Source: Opitutia bacterium (GTDB lineage: Bacteria > Verrucomicrobiota > Verrucomicrobiia > Opitutales > T3Sed10-336). Taken from it: 24,008 nt of DNA. Under the pieces are notes generated by a model. It was not told the origin of the DNA, made no database searches, and worked only from the letters and a program-made list of their open reading frames with translations. Numbering within the stretch: position 1 is the first letter of the stretch; each line of letters begins with the position of its first letter. The DNA lies in the NCBI GenBank assembly GCA_050506795.1, contig JBJHCF010000061.1, positions 1 to 24,008 of the forward strand, given 5' to 3'. A program made the position numbers and the translations under genes. Below, in pieces: positions 8,437-18,005 of this stretch.

Positions 8437-8605
8437 GTGCCTGGTTCCTGGTTCTTTGTTCCTGGTTCTTGGTTCTTTGGGGGACCGGTTTCTTAGCCAC
8501 AGATTGTACGGATAAAAAGGATTTCCGGCGATCAGGATAGCCCGCGCTCCCAAGCCGGCGGCCATGCCGGAGCATGGCCCTCCGGAGAATTCGCCCCACG
8601 CCCCA
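8437..8605. repeat. Heptamer array, CACAGA-type left arm and reverse copy of the REP/MITE core
   Basis: GTTC(C/T)TG-type x6 array 8437-8478; agccacaga-ttgtacgga at 8495; 8540-8585 is the reverse complement of the core at ~9633-9680. Confidence 0.8.
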
Positions 8606-8615
8606 TTCCGAGACT

Positions 8616-9539
8616 TCACTTTTCCTGGAAGTATTCGATGGTTCGCTGGAGGCCTTCTTTGAGGGCGACGGCGGGTTGCCAGTCGAGGTATTGCCGGGCC
8701 AGGGTGAGGTCCGGGCGGCGCTGGACCGGGTCGTCGGCGGGGAGCGGATCGAATACCACTTTCGATTTGCTGCCGGTCAGGTCGATCACCTGGCGCGCCA
8801 ACTCCAGGATGGTGAATTCGTTGGGATTGCCGATGTTGACCGGGCCGGGAGTCTGTTCCTGTTGCATCAGGCGCAGAATGGCTTCGATCAAGTCGTCCAC
8901 GTAACAGAAGGAGCGGGTTTGTTTTCCCTCGCCGTAAACCGTGATATCGCGGCCGCGCAGGGCCTGGACAATAAAATTGGATACCACCCGTCCGTCGTCC
9001 TCCAGCATGCGGGGGCCGTAGGTGTTGAAGATTCGCCCCACCCGGATGTCGACTTTGTTCTCGCGATGGTAATCGAAAAACAGCGTTTCCGCGCAACGCT
9101 TGCCTTCGTCGTAGCAGGCCCGCGGTCCGATCGGATTGACGTTGCCGCGGTAGGTTTCGGTCTGCGGGTGCTCGGTGGGATCGCCGTACACTTCGGAGGT
9201 TGAGGCCTGGAAGATGCGCGCCTTGACCCGCTTGGCCAGGCCGAGGCAATTGATGGCCCCCATGACCGAGGTCTTCACCGTCTTGATGGGATTGTATTGG
9301 TAATGAATCGGCGACGCCGGACAGGCCAGGTTGAAAATCCAGTCGACCTCCAGCTTGAAGGGATCGGTCACATCGTGTCGCAACAACTCGAAACGCCGGT
9401 CGTCGAGCAGATGAACGATGTTGTTCTTCCGTCCGGTGAAGAAGTTGTCGAGGCAGATCACTTCGTGCCCGTCGGCCAAAAGCCGCTCACAAAGGTGACT
9501 GCCGAGAAAGCCGGCCCCGCCGGTGACTAAGGTACGCAT
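8616..9539 (-). CDS. uxs: UDP-glucuronate decarboxylase (UDP-xylose synthase)
   Basis: [71 protein letters not shown] and DDPVQRRPD motifs. Confidence 0.95.
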   Translation of the reverse strand: MRTLVTGGAGFLGSHLCERLLADGHEVICLDNFFTGRKNNIVHLLDDRRFELLRHDVTDPFKLEVDWIFNLACPASPIHYQYNPIKTVKTSVMGAINCLGLAKRVKARIFQASTSEVYGDPTEHPQTETYRGNVNPIGPRACYDEGKRCAETLFFDYHRENKVDIRVGRIFNTYGPRMLEDDGRVVSNFIVQALRGRDITVYGEGKQTRSFCYVDDLIEAILRLMQQEQTPGPVNIGNPNEFTILELARQVIDLTGSKSKVVFDPLPADDPVQRRPDLTLARQYLDWQPAVALKEGLQRTIEYFQEK

Positions 9540-9567
9540 GGAATTTGGTTTTGGGTTATCCTGTGAT

Positions 9568-9792
9568 TAGGCGAATGCCGCTCGGACAAGGTGGCGGATC
9601 GAAGGAGTTTATCCGAATCGCATTGGCAATTCCCTGGAGGGCCATGCTCCCGCATGGCCGCCGGCTTGGGAGCGCGGGCATCTTGCCCGCACACCGGCGG
9701 CGCGGGAGCGCCGCCCTCCAGGAAAGGGAAGCACGATCTCGATTCGGTTTCATCAAGCGATCGACCAACTTAACCGAGGGCCATTCGCGATA
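9568..9792. mobile_element. Putative MITE (~225 bp) with terminal inverted repeats and a REP-doublet core; copy 1
   Basis: Ends taggcgaatgccgctcgg / ccgagggccattcgcgata are imperfect inverted repeats. The whole length aligns with 23686-23911. Confidence 0.75.
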
Positions 9793-9808
9793 AAGCTCAT
9801 CCTGCAAA

Positions 9809-10726
9809 TCAAACCAAGTGACGAGCCGTCGATGGCGGCGATTCGGATGCAGCCTCCGCTTGCCGGGAATTCAGCGCGTTCCGGAGGCCTTCCGGATCGC
9901 CAATGTCGCGGCGAATTCCGTCGAGTTCCACGGCGTGAAATCCTTCCTTTTCCTTAATCGCCATCATGGCGTCGGTAAGCTGGATCTCCCCGTTCTTGCC
10001 GGGAGGGGTTCGCTCCAGTTCCGCGAATAGGCCCGGAGTAAACACATAGCGGGCGGCAAACGCGTAGTGGCGGGACTCCCCACCCTCGCCGGAAAGCAAA
10101 CGGATCACCGGCGCCGCACCCGGTTCGGGTTTTTCCACCATTTCCCGAACCCGGAAGAGCCCGGATGCGATTTCCTCACCGCCGGCCACCCCGTAACGGG
10201 CCACCCGCTCAGGAGGAACCGTCTCCACCGCCACCGCCGAGGTGTTCCGGTCTTCCAGCACCTCGACGAGCCGGGTCATGGTCGCCGACGTGCCTTCCGG
10301 ATCCCCGACCGGACTGATAAAGGTGTCTCCCAGCAGAACCCCAAAGGGTTCGTCGCCCGCAAAGGAACGGCCTTGCAGCACCGCGTGGCCCAATCCCTTC
10401 ATTTCGTGCTGGTAGATATAGTGAATGCGGGCCATTTCGGAGAGACGGCGCAGCCCCTCGGCCAACCCGGCTTTTCCCGAGGCTTCCAGCCGCCGTTCGA
10501 GCTCCGGATTCCGGGCAAAATAGTCGGGGATCGCTTCTTTCCCGCGACTGATCACGATCAGGATTTCCGTCAGCCCGGCCGCCACCGCCTCCTCAACCAC
10601 ATACTGGATCACCGGTTTGTCCCCCACGGGCAACATTTCCTTGGGAACGGTCTTGGTGATCGGCAGAAAACGCGTTCCGAAGCCGGCTGCGGGAATGATC
10701 GCTTTGCGGATGCGGGTTGTGTTCAT
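9809..10726 (-). CDS. galU: GalU-like UTP:sugar-1-phosphate uridylyltransferase
   Basis: KAIIPAAGFGTRFLPITKTVPKEML, QHEMKGLGHAV, MVEKP and GEIQLTDA motifs; ATGA overlap with the upstream kinase. Confidence 0.85.
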   Translation of the reverse strand: MNTTRIRKAIIPAAGFGTRFLPITKTVPKEMLPVGDKPVIQYVVEEAVAAGLTEILIVISRGKEAIPDYFARNPELERRLEASGKAGLAEGLRRLSEMARIHYIYQHEMKGLGHAVLQGRSFAGDEPFGVLLGDTFISPVGDPEGTSATMTRLVEVLEDRNTSAVAVETVPPERVARYGVAGGEEIASGLFRVREMVEKPEPGAAPVIRLLSGEGGESRHYAFAARYVFTPGLFAELERTPPGKNGEIQLTDAMMAIKEKEGFHAVELDGIRRDIGDPEGLRNALNSRQAEAASESPPSTARHLV

Positions 10727-11745
10727 GAAATGGTTGAGATGGGATAAACGGGTGCGAACTGCGGTCGGATGACAACGATGTTCTTGGGAGCGAACGCCTC
10801 CTCCAGACGCCGGAACATGGCGTCGTCCTCATAGGTCCCGACGATCGCACCCCCGCTACCGGCAAATTTGGCGCTGGCGCCCGTCCGTCGAGCGGTCTCC
10901 ACCAGGTCGCGATTGCCGTCTCCAACGTCGTAAAGGCTCGCCCGTTTGTCAAAATTGGCGTCGATCAGCTTTCCGAGCTCTCCTTTACCGCCATTGAGCA
11001 ATGAATCGCGAAAGTTCTCCGTCAAATCTGCCCAGAACCGCATCGCTTCACAGACGTCGGCATCGCCTCGCTGCCAGCGAACCTTCAGATCATTATGGTA
11101 AATCTCGGTGCCCTGCGAAAGGTCATCGCGATACGCGATATACAGGGACGGCAGACAGGCGACATCCAGGTTTTCGTACCGGCCGTATCCGTTCTGTTCA
11201 AAATGACCCTTGTCAAAATCCATGTAAACCAATCCCTGATACACCTGCGCCACTCTGTCCTGCAGCCCGGCGGGGATGGCCAGTTCCTCGGTCTCCACCG
11301 ACCGTACCAGATTGGCCAGGACGGGATGAGGAATCGTGACGCCGTAAAACGCCATCAAGGCTCGCAGGCACGCGGTAATGATTGCACTCGAACCGGCCAG
11401 TCCCACACGGTTTGGGATGTCCGAGGAGTACCGAAGAGTGAAGTTCCTGTCGTCGAGTTTGGTTCCCGATTCCCGGCAATGATCGTAGAAACGCTTGATG
11501 CTGGCCTTCAGGAGCCGGAATCCTCCGTAGTAACCATGCTTGCGAACATCGTTATGCAGGGATTCGATGCTCTGAAAAACGGAATGATCACGGCGGCTGG
11601 GTACCAGCTCGATCTCGGGCGACTCCCACATCGAGATGTGGGCGGAAAAATTCGTGAAACAGAACGCGATGGTTTTCCCGAAGTAGCCGTCGGATGGATT
11701 GCCGATCAAACCAGCACGCGGATAGGCGATGGTACGTATAATCAC
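10723..11745 (-). CDS. GHMP kinase, glucuronokinase-like
   Basis: RAGLIGNPSD, GYYGGFRLL, FTLRYSSDIPNRVGLAGSSAII, AGLQDRVAQVYQGLVYMDF and AKFAGSGGA motifs, which recall plant glucuronokinase blocks. GTG start. Confidence 0.85.
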   Translation of the reverse strand: MIIRTIAYPRAGLIGNPSDGYFGKTIAFCFTNFSAHISMWESPEIELVPSRRDHSVFQSIESLHNDVRKHGYYGGFRLLKASIKRFYDHCRESGTKLDDRNFTLRYSSDIPNRVGLAGSSAIITACLRALMAFYGVTIPHPVLANLVRSVETEELAIPAGLQDRVAQVYQGLVYMDFDKGHFEQNGYGRYENLDVACLPSLYIAYRDDLSQGTEIYHNDLKVRWQRGDADVCEAMRFWADLTENFRDSLLNGGKGELGKLIDANFDKRASLYDVGDGNRDLVETARRTGASAKFAGSGGAIVGTYEDDAMFRRLEEAFAPKNIVVIRPQFAPVYPISTIS

Positions 11746-11785
11746 GAGATGGAATGGTCAGGTGGTGTCTGTGACATCAGAGGCA

Positions 11786-12571
11786 TCATTTGAACGAACC
11801 CAAAACCCGTGCCGCCAGTCCGGCGTCGCCGGCGGTGAGGAGGGCGGGGTTGCGGAGGCTGTCCTTGTTGTAGGTGAGGCGTTCGCCGGCGGTGGTGGTG
11901 AGGACCTGGCCGCCGGCGGCTTCGACGATGCACTGGGCGGCGCCGACGTCCCACTCCATGGTGGGTACGTCGCGGAGGTAGAGATCGGCTTCGCCTTCGG
12001 CCACCAAACAGAACTTGAGTGAACTGCCCATGCTCTTGGCTTTCGCGGTGGGAAAGCGTTCCAGGAGAGCTTTGACCTCGGGCCCGGCGTGATCACGGCT
12101 GGCGACAACGGCCAGATTGTTTTCATCGGCCGGTCGAACCCGGATCGAGGCCGGGACGCCGCCACTGTTTCGTTTCCAGGCCCCCTGTCCCGTCTCCGCG
12201 TAATAGGTCCGGTCGAGCGCCGGCACATGAATCACCCCCAGTACCGGCACGCCGTCTTCGATCAAAGCGATGTTAACCGTGAACTCACCGGTCTGCTTGA
12301 TAAACTCCTTGGTGCCGTCCAGCGGGTCCACCAGCCAAAAGCGCCGCCACGATTTCCGGTCGCGAATCTCGGCCTCGTCCGATTCCTCGGACAGAACGGG
12401 CAACCCCGCGTCGAGCTCACCCAAACGCCGGCAGATCAGCGTATGCGCCGCCCGGTCGGCCTGGGTCAGCGGAGAGTCGTCCGCCTTGGATTCGACGGAA
12501 AAAGCGCGTCCGTAATACTTCAGGATTTCGACGCCCGCCTCACGGGCAATCTGCTGGATGGTTTCGAGCAT
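11786..12571 (-). CDS. cysQ: 3'(2'),5'-bisphosphate nucleotidase
   Basis: KADDSPLTQAD, WLVDPLDGTKEFI, GEFTVNIALI, VASRDH, GSSLKFCLVAEG and TMEWDVGAA motifs. Confidence 0.92.
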   Translation of the reverse strand: MLETIQQIAREAGVEILKYYGRAFSVESKADDSPLTQADRAAHTLICRRLGELDAGLPVLSEESDEAEIRDRKSWRRFWLVDPLDGTKEFIKQTGEFTVNIALIEDGVPVLGVIHVPALDRTYYAETGQGAWKRNSGGVPASIRVRPADENNLAVVASRDHAGPEVKALLERFPTAKAKSMGSSLKFCLVAEGEADLYLRDVPTMEWDVGAAQCIVEAAGGQVLTTTAGERLTYNKDSLRNPALLTAGDAGLAARVLGSFK

Positions 12572-12618
12572 AGGGGGGAATAAGGAATGAAAGGGAAGGG
12601 AATCAGGAACCGATTTTT

Positions 12619-12778
12619 AACCACGGATTACTCAGATAACACAGATTTTTTGGCGGGCAGGATGCCCGCTGCTCGTTTGGTTCCTGGTTCGGGTCATCGA
12701 ACTTCGGACTTCGGCGAGCTCAGTCGAAGCGCCCACTCGCCCCACGCCCCTCGTCCCTCGCCCCACGCCCCTCGCCCC
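12619..12778. repeat. Orphan CACAGA-type left arm with REP, followed by a second hairpin and a heptamer array
   Basis: aaccacgga-ttactcaga-taacacaga-ttttttggcgggcaggatgcccgc; then cttcggcgagctcagtcgaag; then a CCC(A/T)CGC-type array at 12731-12778. Confidence 0.8.
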
Positions 12779-12786
12779 CCATAAAC

Positions 12787-13392
12787 CTACTCCTCGGTGA
12801 AGCCGGTGCCCGAAGCCGCGATCAGTCCGCGTTTGGTGGTGAAGGCGTAAACGATAGGAAGGACAATGAGGGCACAGGTCAGCAGAAGCATGATCGAGAT
12901 GCCGCCGAAAAAGTACCCGAAGGCCCCGATAACGACCCCCATTGAAATATGGAACACCTCCGGACTGTTGACAATTCTTCCGAACACCGCACCCGCCACC
13001 ACCCCGTAGATCACCATCCACCAGTCAAAAATCACCAGACTGATACCGGTAACCAGGAACATCGGCGCCATGCAGTAGAGGTGTTTGCGCTTGTAGTACG
13101 TGTTGAAAAACAACCCCAGGGCCAGCACTCCGGCGACCACCCCCAATTCGTCCATGTAGTTTTCCGCCTGGGCATCGAGAGCGTAGACGTGGTGGTAAAG
13201 GAGATACGCCCCGGCATAGCCGCGGACCAGGTCGAGCCAGTTCTGCCAGGTACGCAGGATGCCCACCAGGGGAAAGTCACCGGAAGGCAATGAATTTGCG
13301 ATACGACGCCGGATTCGGCTGTTGAAGAAAAGATAGGACGGCGTGAATAGCAGGACAACGGCACCCACCAGTGGCCAAAGATTGTACTCCAT
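12787..13392 (-). CDS. Uncharacterised multi-pass membrane protein (paralog of 13465-14064)
   Basis: Highly hydrophobic. Shares TPxYLF, TWQxWLDxxRG, GAYLLY, DWWxVxYG and FGRxxN blocks with its neighbour. Confidence 0.8.
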   Translation of the reverse strand: MEYNLWPLVGAVVLLFTPSYLFFNSRIRRRIANSLPSGDFPLVGILRTWQNWLDLVRGYAGAYLLYHHVYALDAQAENYMDELGVVAGVLALGLFFNTYYKRKHLYCMAPMFLVTGISLVIFDWWMVIYGVVAGAVFGRIVNSPEVFHISMGVVIGAFGYFFGGISIMLLLTCALIVLPIVYAFTTKRGLIAASGTGFTEE

Positions 13393-13464
13393 AAAAAAGG
13401 TTTTTGCAGTTAATTTGACCCAGTGATACCCGGTCGTCTCGCTTTTGACAACCCCGGTTTTGCC

Positions 13465-14064
13465 TCAGCGGTGGGCGATGATCAGGTTCTCCTGGATCAG
13501 GAAGGACAGTGCGATCGGAACGATCAGCAAGGCGCAGATCATCAGCAATTCCAGGCGCAACCCGAACATCATGTATCCGAACGCGCCGATCACCACCGCC
13601 ATAATGGCGAAAAACGACTCGGAGTTGTTAATCAGCCGGCCGAAGATCAATCCGGCCAAAATACCGTACATGACAATCCACCAGTCCACCACGGCAAGAC
13701 TGACGCCGGTGAGAAAGAAAAGCGGTGATAGCGAGTACAGGTGGCACCGGATCTGGTAATAGAGCACCTGGGCGCAGATGCCCGCCAGCAGCACGAAACC
13801 CATGGTTCCCAGTTCCAGGTAGTAGGAGGAATCATCCAATGTCCTTTCCAGGGGAAAGGTATACACATACAGGAGATAGGCTCCGCAAAATCCGCGGATG
13901 CCATCGAGCCAGTGCTGCCAGGTAACGAAGATTCGACTCAGCGGCAGGCCGTTTGACCCGTGCACGCTGTGCACTCGTTCGCGCATGGCGGCGGTGTAGA
14001 AAAGGTATCCGGGGGTCCACAGGACCAGTATGGCCAGGAACAGGAATAATGGATCGAATCGCAT
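13465..14064 (-). CDS. Uncharacterised multi-pass membrane protein (paralog of 12787-13392)
   Basis: Collinear similarity with the adjacent ORF over its full length; hydrophobic. Confidence 0.8.
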   Translation of the reverse strand: MRFDPLFLFLAILVLWTPGYLFYTAAMRERVHSVHGSNGLPLSRIFVTWQHWLDGIRGFCGAYLLYVYTFPLERTLDDSSYYLELGTMGFVLLAGICAQVLYYQIRCHLYSLSPLFFLTGVSLAVVDWWIVMYGILAGLIFGRLINNSESFFAIMAVVIGAFGYMMFGLRLELLMICALLIVPIALSFLIQENLIIAHR

Positions 14065-14293
14065 GGTGTGATCGGGGTTGGGGTAGAAGGTGGGACAACC
14101 GGCCGGAATGGCAGTCCGGCGTCAGTTCCCGCCGAAAAAGTGAGTGATTGTCGCGTGGACGTAAAGAATTTAAGCAGGCTTCGCCCCGTCACTTCTTTTT
14201 TTTGAAAAAAAGCAACCGGGCTTGCAATGAACTGTGAACGCCCGCTTCACGGGCTGAAAATCAGATGCCGGCGCGCCGCGCACCAAAAAATAC

Positions 14294-14860
14294 TCAGATC
14301 CGGATCAATCCGACCAGTAAAGGCAACAGGCGGTCTCCGGTCTTATGAAGGTTATCCAATTGCTCGACCTTTTTGTCCAGAAACTCCCTTTCCTCCTCCG
14401 GCAGCCTTTCGAGCAGCGTGCGCATGGTCGCCAAACGGGCGTGGCCGCTCTCCAGGTGGGGCCGGATTTCCTCCCGGATGAAACCGGAAACGATGTGCCG
14501 GAAACTGGGCTCCGCCACGAAGTGGTCCTTGCGGTCACCGGGCACGTACCGGACCTTGACCGCACGAAAGGCCCGCAACTGACGCAGTCCCTGGCTGGCG
14601 GAGCCGAGGCTGATTTTCAAGCGGGTGCGGATCTGCTCCATGGTCAGGGGATCCGGCGACACGTAGAGAAGCCCGAAAATCTCTCCCAAGGAGCGGGGCA
14701 ATCCGAGAAGGCGGGCCGCGCGCACAAAAACATCCGCCATTTCGCGTTCCAGAGCCTCGCGTTCGCGGCTGGATTCACCCGGCCGGGATTCCTTGCTGAA
14801 CTCTGTTTCAGTCGATTCGATTCCGGAAGCTTGGAAGGCCGGATTCAGGATTTCAAACAA
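14294..14860 (-). CDS. GbsR/MarR-family transcriptional regulator
   Basis: LGLPRSLGEIFGLLYVSPDPLTMEQI...ISLGSASQGLRQL...PGDRKDHF winged-helix pattern. Start codon uncertain. Confidence 0.85.
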   Translation of the reverse strand: MFEILNPAFQASGIESTETEFSKESRPGESSREREALEREMADVFVRAARLLGLPRSLGEIFGLLYVSPDPLTMEQIRTRLKISLGSASQGLRQLRAFRAVKVRYVPGDRKDHFVAEPSFRHIVSGFIREEIRPHLESGHARLATMRTLLERLPEEEREFLDKKVEQLDNLHKTGDRLLPLLVGLIRI

Positions 14861-14903
14861 AAATGAAATTTAAAACTCGCTGAAGGACGGAGTGGCATCG
14901 CGA

Positions 14904-15320
14904 CTAGATGTAATACATAGCCTCTTCACCATCCCTGGCGACCAGCGATTCCAGGGTGTATTCTTTCGTCTTATCCTCCAACGTCCGGGCGATTTCCTCC
15001 CAGATTTGCCGCACCGCGGCGGAGGACTGCCCCTGGCTGGCGGCATTGACCGCGAGCAATTCGCCGTCGATGACCTTGACGATTTCAAACACCGTGATTT
15101 CCTCCGGCTTGCGGGCCAGGGCGTAACCGCCCTGCTTCCCACGCCGACTGATAATCAGGCCGCCGTTGCGCAGGTCGGTAAGAATCTGCGCCAAATAATT
15201 AGCCGGAATCCTCTCCGCTCGGGCCAGATCCTCGATATGGGCCAATTCGGGCTGGCCGTAGCTTCTGGCCAATTGGGCCAAAACCCGGCAGGCATACTCT
15301 ACTTTAACAGAAAGTTTCAC
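14904..15320 (-). CDS. Rrf2-family regulator, CymR-like (no Fe-S cysteine triad)
   Basis: MKLSVKVEYA, YLAQILTDL, SRRGKQGGYAL motifs and C-terminal MYYI; lacks the IscR/NsrR C-terminal cysteines. Confidence 0.88.
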   Translation of the reverse strand: MKLSVKVEYACRVLAQLARSYGQPELAHIEDLARAERIPANYLAQILTDLRNGGLIISRRGKQGGYALARKPEEITVFEIVKVIDGELLAVNAASQGQSSAAVRQIWEEIARTLEDKTKEYTLESLVARDGEEAMYYI

Positions 15321-17969
<2,649 letters not shown>

Positions 17970-18005
17970 ACCCGTTTCCAGGCCAGGACACTCCTCAGCC
18001 GATCC

